DNA from: Bacteroidota bacterium
GTDB taxonomy: Bacteria > Bacteroidota > Bacteroidia > 2-12-FULL-35-15
Length of the DNA: 64,000 bases
Reading direction: 5' to 3'
Assembly: GCA_025363555.1 (NCBI GenBank)
Contig: JANYDQ010000157.1
Coordinates: 2,247-66,246 of the forward strand
Part shown: in pieces, positions 18,699 to 27,636 of the stretch
How positions within the stretch are numbered: the stretch's first letter is position 1
Layout: each line of letters opens with the position of its first letter
Program-made: the position numbers and the translations under genes
Notes under the pieces: model-generated
Databases searched by the model: none
What the model was told of the DNA's origin: nothing
Seen by the model: only the letters and a program-made list of their open reading frames with translations

Positions 18699-20954
18699 AT
18701 GAAAAAAACAATTACCCTTTTAACCGCTTTGATGTTCATAATAGTGATTTCCAAAGCACAAACCAATTACCTCGATTCGTATATAGGTAATTCACCTACC
18801 ATGACTGTTATTGCAACAAGTGCGAACCAGTTAAATATGCCACAGGATTTAGACTTTAAACCCGGCACCAATGAATTATGGGTTTGCCAGTATGGAGATG
18901 CAACGGGAGGATCCATGGATATTTTTTACAATGCAGGAATGAGTTCACAAACAAACCAGTTAAGGCACGATTCTCACGCTGACCATTTTTATTATTATCC
19001 AAGTGCCATCGCATTTAGTAACATAGGTGAATTAGCGAACACCAACGAAATACAAAACACCTCTTCCTCTTCTACCACTTTTATGGGTCCTGCCCTTTGG
19101 CTGGCTGATACTGCAATTTTTGCAAACATTTGGCAGGGAGGATGGTCAAATGGATACCCTTTGGGAAGTCATATTGATATGCTGCACCAAAGTCCGTTTT
19201 CAATGGGAATTGCCTGGGACAGCGCAAAAGCATATTGGGTGATGGATGGCTATAATGGTAATATCTGCAAATATGATTTTGTGAACGATCACAGTCCCGG
19301 TTATGACAATCATTCCGCAGGGAAGATATGGCGTTATTCGGATGTTACGGTTACCCGTGTGCCCCAGGTGCCAAGCCACATGGTGCTTGATAAAACAAAC
19401 GGATGGCTTTATTTTATTGATGGCGGAAGCAAAAAAGTAAAAAGAATGAATGTAAATAATGGGGTGATTTCGGGAACTCTTACCGTGCCAAGCACAGCAA
19501 ATGAAAGCCTAGCCGGATATTGGAATGTGTTGGGAAGCACCGTTCAAACATTGGATTCGTTAACTACTCAACCGTGCGGAATGGATTATTATAATGGAAG
19601 ATTGGTTGTTTCTGATTATACTAATGGAAACATTTATTTGTATAACACAGCAGGTACGTTTTCTATACTTGATACTATTGTTACCGGGCACCCCGGAATG
19701 ATGGGCGTTAAGATTGGTAACGATGGGCACATCTGGTGCGTAAATAAAACAGAAAATAAAATTTACCGGTTGGATGTTGCTTTACCTGCGCTTGATGCAG
19801 CAATTGTAAAAATTACTTCTCCTAATGTAGTACCTTTTTTAAGTAAATATTATTCTGTTATTTTTGATGTTTGCAGCGGAACTATCACCCCTTCTGTTGA
19901 TGTAAAAAACACAGGAAGTACTGCAATTACAAGTATGGAAATCCACTACTCCATTGATGGTGGCACACATACTGTTTATAGCTGGAACGGTTCGTTAGCA
20001 TCCGGCAGCACCACCTCTGTGGCTTTGCCAAATGGTGCAATAACTTATGGTGCTCATCGGTTAGATGTAATGATTATGATGGTGAACGGTATGGCTGATG
20101 ATGTGGAGATGAACAACAACATGATGGGTTCTTTCAGGGCATTTACTCCGGTTCAGAATTTGCCATTTACAGAGAATTTTAATGTTACCTCTTTCCCACC
20201 GCCAAACTGGAGTTATGTACATTTTAATACCAATGATTTTATGAGCCATTCTGCGGCAGGAGGTTTTGGAAACAGTACGGGCAGCATGATGATGAATAAT
20301 TATTCCGGAACTACTGATATTACAGGGCAAAAAGATTACCTGATGTCTCCATTGCTTAATTTCACTTCTATTTCAAGCAATACTTACCTGCACTTTGATG
20401 TTGCCTACGCTCAATATAATACTTCAAGCGTGGATGAGTTAAAAATATTAGCGTCTTCCGATTGCGGAAACAGCTGGACCCAGGTATATGACAAATCAGG
20501 TGCTGCCCTTTCTACTGCTCCTCCCGCAACAGCTGCATTCTCGCCCACTTCTTCACAATGGAGAACCGATAACAGTATAAATCTGAATTCATTTTCGGGG
20601 CAAAGCGAAGTAATGTTTATGTTTACTTCTATCAGCAATTTCGGAAATAATTTTTTTATAGATAACATTGGCATCGGAGCTTATAACTTAGGGATAAACG
20701 AAACTGACAATTCTGTTTCGTTTAGCGTATTTCCAAATCCGGCAACGGAAGAAGTTACCGTTGAATTTTCAACGTTAGCTACTTCAAAAATAATTGTTAC
20801 TGATATTTTGGGTAAAAATATTTTTTCGCAAGAAATTCCTTTTGGTCAGAAAAGTGTTCAGTTAAATACATCTTTATGGGATAACGGATTTTATTTTGTT
20901 ACCGTGAAATCAGGCATTGACACGGGCACACAAAAGTTGGTTGTTGAAAAATAA
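18699..20954 (+). CDS. T9SS cargo protein, unknown function (propeller-like N-terminal region, CARDB-like middle)
   Basis: Signal peptide MKKTITLLTALMFIIVISKAQ. C-terminus 'VFPNPATEEVTVEF...NGFYFVTV..KLVVEK'. Confidence 0.7.
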   Translation: MKKTITLLTALMFIIVISKAQTNYLDSYIGNSPTMTVIATSANQLNMPQDLDFKPGTNELWVCQYGDATGGSMDIFYNAGMSSQTNQLRHDSHADHFYYYPSAIAFSNIGELANTNEIQNTSSSSTTFMGPALWLADTAIFANIWQGGWSNGYPLGSHIDMLHQSPFSMGIAWDSAKAYWVMDGYNGNICKYDFVNDHSPGYDNHSAGKIWRYSDVTVTRVPQVPSHMVLDKTNGWLYFIDGGSKKVKRMNVNNGVISGTLTVPSTANESLAGYWNVLGSTVQTLDSLTTQPCGMDYYNGRLVVSDYTNGNIYLYNTAGTFSILDTIVTGHPGMMGVKIGNDGHIWCVNKTENKIYRLDVALPALDAAIVKITSPNVVPFLSKYYSVIFDVCSGTITPSVDVKNTGSTAITSMEIHYSIDGGTHTVYSWNGSLASGSTTSVALPNGAITYGAHRLDVMIMMVNGMADDVEMNNNMMGSFRAFTPVQNLPFTENFNVTSFPPPNWSYVHFNTNDFMSHSAAGGFGNSTGSMMMNNYSGTTDITGQKDYLMSPLLNFTSISSNTYLHFDVAYAQYNTSSVDELKILASSDCGNSWTQVYDKSGAALSTAPPATAAFSPTSSQWRTDNSINLNSFSGQSEVMFMFTSISNFGNNFFIDNIGIGAYNLGINETDNSVSFSVFPNPATEEVTVEFSTLATSKIIVTDILGKNIFSQEIPFGQKSVQLNTSLWDNGFYFVTVKSGIDTGTQKLVVEK

Positions 20955-21078
20955 TAAATGTGAGTAACAAAACATTCATTACTTCACCGAAATCCTTCTT
21001 TTAACCAGGAAGGGTTTTGGCGAAGTAATAAAATTCATTAGAAACTTTTTCAAAAAAAATGTTACAAAACATAATGCA

Positions 21079-21495
21079 ATGAAAATGCAGCTCCCTGTTC
21101 TTTTTGTGCTGGTTTTTTACCTTTTAATAAACTCTTCCTGTACTTCTAAAAAAGGTGGAATTTGTGATGCCAGCCCAAAAGGAGATGTTATCTTAAATGT
21201 GTTTATGAAACATGAGCAACATTCGGTCGGGAATTTGAAAACGTACAGGGACACTGTATATGTTAAATACAATACAACTATTTCCCCAGGCACTCATCCT
21301 TCTGATTATGATGCTGCTTTTATAGGCGAGTGGCCCGGAGATTCGGTTTACATACCTAATTTGAGCTGCGGTAATTATTTTATCTATGATGTTGGATTTG
21401 ATAATATTCATTCTCACCATGCAACCGGAGGAATGCTGCTAGTAGTAAAAGATAATGCCGGTGTGCTAAACATAACCGTTCCGGCAATTGAATAA
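21079..21495 (+). CDS. Hypothetical lipoprotein
   Basis: Signal peptide with a lipobox-like 'LINSSC' motif. 138 aa. Confidence 0.45.
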   Translation: MKMQLPVLFVLVFYLLINSSCTSKKGGICDASPKGDVILNVFMKHEQHSVGNLKTYRDTVYVKYNTTISPGTHPSDYDAAFIGEWPGDSVYIPNLSCGNYFIYDVGFDNIHSHHATGGMLLVVKDNAGVLNITVPAIE

Positions 21496-21617
21496 GGAAG
21501 CAAATAACTTTTGTTTAGCTGATGCAAAAGGGGATGAAGTCTGTAGGTTTGTGTTTAAGTTAATTTCCGGCTTCACCCGCATCGGTTAAAAAAAAACAAA
21601 TTTTTAAAAATATAACA

Positions 21618-21824
21618 ATGAAAAAAATAGTGAGTGTGTTAATTATTTCGGCAATGGTGTTTGTGTCATGCACTAATACTGATAAGCCGGAAAGGAAAAC
21701 CATAGGTGCTGCAACTGATACGGCAACGCTGTATCAATGCCCAATGCATCCTGAAGTAACAAGTACCAAACCCGATACGTGTAGTAAATGTGGCATGGAT
21801 TTGGACAAAGTGGAGAAGAAGTAA
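21618..21824 (+). CDS. Small secreted heavy-metal-binding-domain protein (YQCPMHPEV...CSKCGMDL)
   Basis: 68 aa with a signal peptide. Carries the C-P-M-H-P and CxxCGM motifs, which are the same module found at the N-termini of the adaptor at 32056 and the MCO at 38133. Confidence 0.7.
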   Translation: MKKIVSVLIISAMVFVSCTNTDKPERKTIGAATDTATLYQCPMHPEVTSTKPDTCSKCGMDLDKVEKK

Positions 21825-21846
21825 TTGTAAACTTAAAAAAAATAAA

Positions 21847-22407
21847 ATGAAAAAAATAATCATTTTAATGGGTGTAATAATAATTACAACATTAAGCGCA
21901 AATGCACAAAAAAAACACGAACATAAAAGTAAGGCAGAAACAAGTGTTGTGCCGGTGTTTGATAAACCAAATGCAGATGTACAAACACAAATTAATAATT
22001 TACTAATAGTGTATTATAAAATGAAAGATGCCCTTGTTGCAGACAAAGATGCAGATGCAATGGCTGCTGCTAAAGAATTTAGGAAAGCACTTGAAAAGGT
22101 GGATATGAATAAAATGACGAGCGCGGAACATACTTACTATATGGATTTGCAAACCAAACTGGATTATGATGCGGAGCATATAAGCGGAGCGCCAAACATT
22201 GAGCATATCAGGGAGCATTTTGAAACCCTCTCTGTTAATATGTTTGCTCTTGTGAAAGCATTTAAAGCGAATGACGGAAAGGCGGTTTACTATGATTATT
22301 GCCCGATGAAAAAGGCAAGCTGGATAAGCAATGGGGAGGAAATAAAAAATCCATACTATGGTAAAAAGATGATGGACTGCGGGAGTGTGAAGGATAGTAT
22401 AAAATAA
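21847..22407 (+). CDS. DUF3347-like secreted protein (C-terminal 'YYDYCPMKKASWIS...KNPYYG..M..CG')
   Basis: Start taken at the MKKIIILMGVIIITTLSANAQ signal peptide (the ORF track starts earlier, at 21790). The C-terminal CPM motif and His-rich N-terminus match DUF3347 as recalled. Confidence 0.65.
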   Translation: MKKIIILMGVIIITTLSANAQKKHEHKSKAETSVVPVFDKPNADVQTQINNLLIVYYKMKDALVADKDADAMAAAKEFRKALEKVDMNKMTSAEHTYYMDLQTKLDYDAEHISGAPNIEHIREHFETLSVNMFALVKAFKANDGKAVYYDYCPMKKASWISNGEEIKNPYYGKKMMDCGSVKDSIK

Positions 22408-22634
22408 ATTTAATTGAAAGGTATTGACATAATAAAAACGTGTGAATAATGGAAGTTGTTTTATAAGTTGTGTAACTTTTAATGCTTTAAAAATATTGAC
22501 TTTTGTATTCAGTGAAAAGTAAGGTGTCTTACTGGAAAACAGAAATATGATAAATATCATAGTATGAATTGACAGAAATCATATTTTATGATTGGAAAAC
22601 AAATAATTTTGTGATGAAATTTTAATTTAATAAT

Positions 22635-22667
22635 CGGGCGACAGAGAAACTGAAGAACGGGTGACAG
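22635..22667. promoter_or_regulatory. Direct repeat CGGGCGACAG / CGGGTGACAG (23 bp apart) about 35 bp upstream of the Met-rich gene
   Basis: GC-rich 10-mers in an otherwise AT-rich intergenic region. The spacing is about two helical turns. Confidence 0.35.
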
Positions 22668-22700
22668 CGTTACTGAAAAAAAATAAAAATAATAATTATT

Positions 22701-23051
22701 ATGAAAAACAAAAAATCAATTTCAGCAATTTTAGCTACAATGCTAATGCTGGTAGTATGCTTTACAGCAAGTAATTCTTTTGCACAAACGAAAACTGCAC
22801 CTGCAACAATGAAAGATTGTTGTATGATGAAGGACGGAAAAATGATGCAAATGAAAGATGGAAAAATGATGCCGATGGACAAAGAAATGACAATGAAAAA
22901 TGGAACGAAGTGTATGGTTAATGGTGAATGTATTATGAAAGACGGAAAAAAAATGAAGATGAAAGAAGGTGATTGTATGGATATGGATGGCAAAATGGAC
23001 AAATGTTCAATGATGAACAAAGACGCTAAAGGTTCAACAGAAAAGAAATAG
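22701..23051 (+). CDS. Secreted methionine-rich repeat protein (MKDGKMM repeats plus Cys), putative Cu(I)-binding periplasmic protein
   Basis: Signal peptide MKNKKSISAILATMLMLVVCFTASNSFAQ. The mature region of ~85 aa has more than 20 Met arranged in MxM/MM motifs and 6 Cys. An internal DNA repeat is present. Confidence 0.65.
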   Translation: MKNKKSISAILATMLMLVVCFTASNSFAQTKTAPATMKDCCMMKDGKMMQMKDGKMMPMDKEMTMKNGTKCMVNGECIMKDGKKMKMKEGDCMDMDGKMDKCSMMNKDAKGSTEKK

Positions 23052-23113
23052 CGAAAGTAAGAGTATAATAAGGATTCTGTAATTTTATTGAAAGTTGCAG
23101 AATCCTTTTATCT

Positions 23114-23602
23114 TTGAATAAAATGAAAACAAAATCTAAAAGTATCTTCATTGCATCAACGCCTGAAAAAGTGTTTCAGCAGATGGATGATTTTTCTAAA
23201 ACCGGAATGCATATGACTGAAAGTTCGATGATGATGGGAAGTAAATTGAAGTTGGAACAACTTTCTGCGAATGCAAGCGGTGTAGGTCCTAAATACAGGT
23301 GGTATGGTAAAATGATGGGTATGGTAATGGATTTCAGCGAAACGGTTATGAAGTGGCAACCTCCTGTAATTAAGGAATGGGAGATAGTGGGGGAGGCAAA
23401 AATTATTATAATGTCGTGGTACAGGATGTGGTTTGAAATTTCTCCTGATGAAAATGGAACGGTTGCAAAAATTTCTATCAGTTATTTGCCTCCAAAGGAA
23501 TGGTATTATAAAATTCTTTCTTTCTTTTTTGCAAACTGGTATTGTAACTGGTGTTTGAATAATATGCTAAGTGATACAAAAAGTGCACTGGAAAATAAAT
23601 GA
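23114..23602 (+). CDS. SRPBCC (START/Bet v 1-like) domain protein, hypothetical
   Basis: 162 aa with no signal peptide. Its stop overlaps the next gene's start (ATGA at 23599-23602). Confidence 0.45.
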   Translation: MNKMKTKSKSIFIASTPEKVFQQMDDFSKTGMHMTESSMMMGSKLKLEQLSANASGVGPKYRWYGKMMGMVMDFSETVMKWQPPVIKEWEIVGEAKIIIMSWYRMWFEISPDENGTVAKISISYLPPKEWYYKILSFFFANWYCNWCLNNMLSDTKSALENK

Positions 23603-26346
23603 TAAGCAGAATTCGGCAAATGCAATTTTATAGCCAACCTATTGATTCCATTATTGAGTACTTTAAAAGTGATTCCAAGGAAGGGCTTTCTTATCAGGAC
23701 ATTGAATTTAACAGAAAAAAGTGGGGAAATAATGTCTTAAAGGAATCAAATAAAAGGAGTATTTGGGTAACTCTGTACGGGCAATTTACTGATTTGCTTG
23801 TTGTCATTTTCATTTGCGCGGGGGTGCTCGATTTCTATTTGGGACAAACCAGGGATGGTACTGTGTTAATTGCTATTGTTGTTTCTAATGCATTGATTGG
23901 GTTTTACCAGGAACTGAAAGCAGAAAATATTCTTGCATCGTTGAAAAAATTAGTTGTTGAAAAATGTAAAGTTTTAAGAGATGGAAAAACAGTTGAAATA
24001 TTGGTTGAAGATATTGTGGCGGGAGATGTAGTGAAATTATTTGAAGGGGATGGTGTTCCTGCGGATATTCGCCTTATTAAGTCAAATGGATTTTCAGCTA
24101 ATGAATTTATTCTAACTGGCGAATCGTTGCCTTCTGAAAAGGATTATGATTTTATTACTGATAAAACACTTCCTGTTTCGGAAATTAAGAATTGTGCATT
24201 TATGGGAACTACTGTTGCAAGAGGTGAAGCAACTGGAATTGTGTATGCAACGGGAATGCAAACGGAAATAGGCAAGATAAGTGCCACTTCAAAGAAAATT
24301 AAAACAGATTTAACTCCTGTGCAGGTTGAAGCGGCAGATGTAGCAAAAAAAGTAATGTGGGGTACGATAATAATTGCTGTTCCGCTTTTCGCAACACGAA
24401 TGATTTTGCACGATTCGATATTAGTAGCAGTTATTTTTACTATTGGTGTTGCCGCGGCAATGGTACCAGAAGGACTTCCTGCCCAAATATCAACCGCATT
24501 GGCATTAGGTGTGAGACGACTTGCGAAAAATAATGCGATTGTAAAAAGAATCTCGGCAGTAGAAACACTTGGTTCTGCAACAGTAATAGCTTCGGACAAA
24601 ACAGGAACAATTACAAGAAACGAAATGACGATAACCAATTGTTATTTTAATGGCAGTGAATATAGTGTTTCGGGGCTTGGATATGCTCCTTTCGGAGAGA
24701 TTGTATCAAAGGATAGGAGGCATCTTAATAAATCTGATATAGAAGAAGTGAAAGTCTTTTTTCTTTCAGGTTATCTTTCTTCAACGGGAAAAATTAATCC
24801 GCCTGACAAATACCACCCAACCTGGCATTGCATTGGAGACCCTACCGAATCATCGTTTGCAACACTTGCTATGAAAGCTGGTTTTACTTTGGAGGAAATT
24901 AATAATGAATATTCGATTGTTAAATCATTTGGATTTGATTCAATAAGAAAAAGGGCTTCAATTATCAGGAAACATAATGGCAAAACTATATCTTTTGTAA
25001 AAGGAGCAATTGAATCAATACTTGATGTATGTGATAAAATAATAATTAATGGTGAAATAAATGTGTTGGGCGAAGCAGAAAAAAAACAATTGCTTTCTAA
25101 TTCTACAGCGTACGCAATGAATTCGTTGCGAATAATTGCACTTGCTCATAAAGAACTTCAGGAAAAAGAATTTAATATTGATGATGCTGAACGTAACTTA
25201 ACTTTTGCTGGTTTTGTAACAATGCTCGACCCGCCTCACGAGGAGGTGAAAAGTGCAATAGAATCTGTATTCAAAGCACATATAAAAGTGTTTATGATTA
25301 CAGGTGATAATGAAATTACCGCCAATGCTATTGCTAAAAACATAGGGTTAATGAATGAGAACAATGAGTTTCCGAAAGTGATTAATAGTACATCATTAGC
25401 CGCAATGAGTGATGAACATTTAAAAGAAGTTTTCAAAAAAAGGGCGGTTGTATTTTCAAGAGTATCGCCTGATGATAAATTCAGGATAGTAGATTTATTG
25501 AAAAAGCAAGGTGAAATAGTTGCAGTAACTGGTGACGGTGTAAATGATACACTGAGTTTAAAGAGAGCAGACATTGGTGTGGCAATGGGTTTGAACGGCT
25601 CTAAAGTTGCGCAGGAAGCCGCCACCATAATTTTATTGGATGATAATTTCTCCACCATCGCACTTGCGGTTAAAGAAGGAAGAATTATTTTCAGGAATAT
25701 TGAAAAGACAGTAATAACAAATTTATCTTCTAATATTGCGGAGTTGATTTGCGTACTTGCAGGATTTGTCGGGGCTTTTTTCGGTATTGCCACCCCATTG
25801 TTAGTAATACAGATATTGGCAATGGATATGCTCGGTGAAATGTTTCCGCTGATGATGCTGACTTACGACCCGCCTGAAGAAACAATTATGGAAGACGCAC
25901 CGAGAAACCCAAAAGATAAAATACTTTCTAAGCAAGTGCTGAAAGGAATTATAGTAAGGGGTGCAGTGATGGGCTTTGCGGCTTATGGAGCGTTCCTTGC
26001 AGAATATTTTCATAATCATCATTTATCTAATCATTATGAAAAGGCCACCACTGTAACTTATGTTTCAATTCTTTTTGGACAAATTGCAAATATTCTTTCA
26101 AGAAGAACAAAAGGAAGTGTGTGGAGTAAATATTTATTTTCCAATCTTTATTTATGGGGTGCAATAGCATTGTCAATGGTTTTTATGTTGTTGATAGTTT
26201 ATGTTCCATTTTTGAATTTGTATTTTCATACCTCCTCATTATATTTGGTGGATTGGTTATTTCCAATCGCAGTATTTACGATATGTTTAATATCGTATGA
26301 ATATATGAAGAAATTTAATAGCAAGAAAAAAATAACATTGTTATAA
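23599..26346 (+). CDS. P-type cation-transporting ATPase, P2-type (Ca2+/Mg2+ family; PEGLPA motif, no CPx)
   Basis: DKTGTIT phosphorylation site, TGDGVNDTLSLKRADIGVAMG, the N-terminal 'Cation_ATPase_N'-like region, and 'MVPEGLPA' in TM4. Confidence 0.85.
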   Translation: MISRIRQMQFYSQPIDSIIEYFKSDSKEGLSYQDIEFNRKKWGNNVLKESNKRSIWVTLYGQFTDLLVVIFICAGVLDFYLGQTRDGTVLIAIVVSNALIGFYQELKAENILASLKKLVVEKCKVLRDGKTVEILVEDIVAGDVVKLFEGDGVPADIRLIKSNGFSANEFILTGESLPSEKDYDFITDKTLPVSEIKNCAFMGTTVARGEATGIVYATGMQTEIGKISATSKKIKTDLTPVQVEAADVAKKVMWGTIIIAVPLFATRMILHDSILVAVIFTIGVAAAMVPEGLPAQISTALALGVRRLAKNNAIVKRISAVETLGSATVIASDKTGTITRNEMTITNCYFNGSEYSVSGLGYAPFGEIVSKDRRHLNKSDIEEVKVFFLSGYLSSTGKINPPDKYHPTWHCIGDPTESSFATLAMKAGFTLEEINNEYSIVKSFGFDSIRKRASIIRKHNGKTISFVKGAIESILDVCDKIIINGEINVLGEAEKKQLLSNSTAYAMNSLRIIALAHKELQEKEFNIDDAERNLTFAGFVTMLDPPHEEVKSAIESVFKAHIKVFMITGDNEITANAIAKNIGLMNENNEFPKVINSTSLAAMSDEHLKEVFKKRAVVFSRVSPDDKFRIVDLLKKQGEIVAVTGDGVNDTLSLKRADIGVAMGLNGSKVAQEAATIILLDDNFSTIALAVKEGRIIFRNIEKTVITNLSSNIAELICVLAGFVGAFFGIATPLLVIQILAMDMLGEMFPLMMLTYDPPEETIMEDAPRNPKDKILSKQVLKGIIVRGAVMGFAAYGAFLAEYFHNHHLSNHYEKATTVTYVSILFGQIANILSRRTKGSVWSKYLFSNLYLWGAIALSMVFMLLIVYVPFLNLYFHTSSLYLVDWLFPIAVFTICLISYEYMKKFNSKKKITLL

Positions 26347-26358
26347 AGAAAAACAAAA

Positions 26359-27636
26359 ATGGTAAAGAAACTAATCGAAATAGCATTACGTAACAGGTTT
26401 ATAGTACTTGTGGTAGCGGCAGGATTGTTCGGATGGGGTATTTATAGTGTAAAAAATAATCCTGTAGATGCTATTCCTGACTTGTCGGAAAATCAGGTTA
26501 TCGTATTTACTGAATGGATGGGTCGCAGTCCGCAGATAATTGAAGACCAAATAACTTATCCGCTTGTAAGTAATTTGCAGGGGATTCCAAAAATAAAAAA
26601 TATACGAGGTACATCAATGTTCGGGATGAGCTTTGTATATGTAATTTTTGAAGATAATGTTGATATATATTGGGCAAGGACTCGCGTAACTGAACGGTTG
26701 AACTTTGCTCAACGGTTGTTGCCGCAAGGTGTTGTACCTTCACTGGGACCTGATGGAACCGGAGTAGGTCACGTTTTTTGGTACACACTGGATGCACCAA
26801 AAATGGATTTGGGCGAACAACGTGCTTTGCAGGATTGGTACATTAAGTTCGGCTTGCAAACTGTAAACGGTGTTGCGGAAGTTGCATCATTCGGTGGTTT
26901 TGAAAAACAGTACCAATTGGTTATTGACCCTTTGAAATTGCAATATTATAAATTATCAATGATGGATGTGATGCACGCTGTGCAGGATAATAATAATGAT
27001 GTAGGCGGAAGAAAATTTGAGATGAGCGATATGGCTTATATTATACGTGGACTTGGTTATATAAAAACAAAAGAAGATTTGGAAGGGATTGCGGTGATTA
27101 ATAATAATGGCATTCCAGTAAGAGTAAAAGATATTGCATCTGTGCAAATGGGTGGTGATTTGAGACTTGGTATTTTTGATGAAAATGGCGGGGGAGAAAA
27201 AGTAGGTGGAATAGTGGTTATGCGGTATGGAGAAAATGCAGACAGGGTAATAAATGCAGTAAAGGAAAAGATGAAAGATTTAGTAAAGGGACTACCGGAG
27301 GGGGTGAAATTCCATACTGCTTATGACAGGAGCAAATTGATTGAAGAAGCAATCGGTTCGGTAAAAGAAACATTGATTGAAGTATTAATTACAGTTTCAT
27401 TAGTAGTGATAATATTTCTATTTCATTGGCGAAGCGCATTAATAATTTTGATTCAACTGCCAATATCTGTAGCGGTAAGTTTTATTTTCCTTCAGGCATT
27501 CGGACTTTCATCTAATATAATGTCGTTAACAGGTATAGCACTGGCAATAGGTGTGGTGGTAGATGATGGTATAGTAATGGTGGAAAATGCGTATCGGCAT
27601 CTATCTGAAGAACAATTAAAAAGAAAGGAAAAATGA
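26359..27636 (+). CDS. CusA/CzcA-family heavy-metal RND efflux pump, N-terminal portion (TM1, periplasmic loop 1, TM2-4) of a split gene
   Basis: 'MVKKLIEIALRNRFIVLVVAAGLFGWGIYS' and '...VVVDDGIVMVENAYRHL' are CusA hallmarks. The ORF ends with an ATGA overlap into the next ORF. Confidence 0.8.
   Translation: MVKKLIEIALRNRFIVLVVAAGLFGWGIYSVKNNPVDAIPDLSENQVIVFTEWMGRSPQIIEDQITYPLVSNLQGIPKIKNIRGTSMFGMSFVYVIFEDNVDIYWARTRVTERLNFAQRLLPQGVVPSLGPDGTGVGHVFWYTLDAPKMDLGEQRALQDWYIKFGLQTVNGVAEVASFGGFEKQYQLVIDPLKLQYYKLSMMDVMHAVQDNNNDVGGRKFEMSDMAYIIRGLGYIKTKEDLEGIAVINNNGIPVRVKDIASVQMGGDLRLGIFDENGGGEKVGGIVVMRYGENADRVINAVKEKMKDLVKGLPEGVKFHTAYDRSKLIEEAIGSVKETLIEVLITVSLVVIIFLFHWRSALIILIQLPISVAVSFIFLQAFGLSSNIMSLTGIALAIGVVVDDGIVMVENAYRHLSEEQLKRKEK

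Noticed and set aside
22670-23020. 116-aa minus-strand ORF
   Set aside because: Exactly antisense to the Met-rich gene. Its low-complexity I/F-rich product comes from the complement of ATG/AAA-rich codons.
24144-25793. Minus-strand ORFs 24144-24638 and 25236-25793
   Set aside because: Antisense within the P-type ATPase gene. These are typical shadow ORFs.
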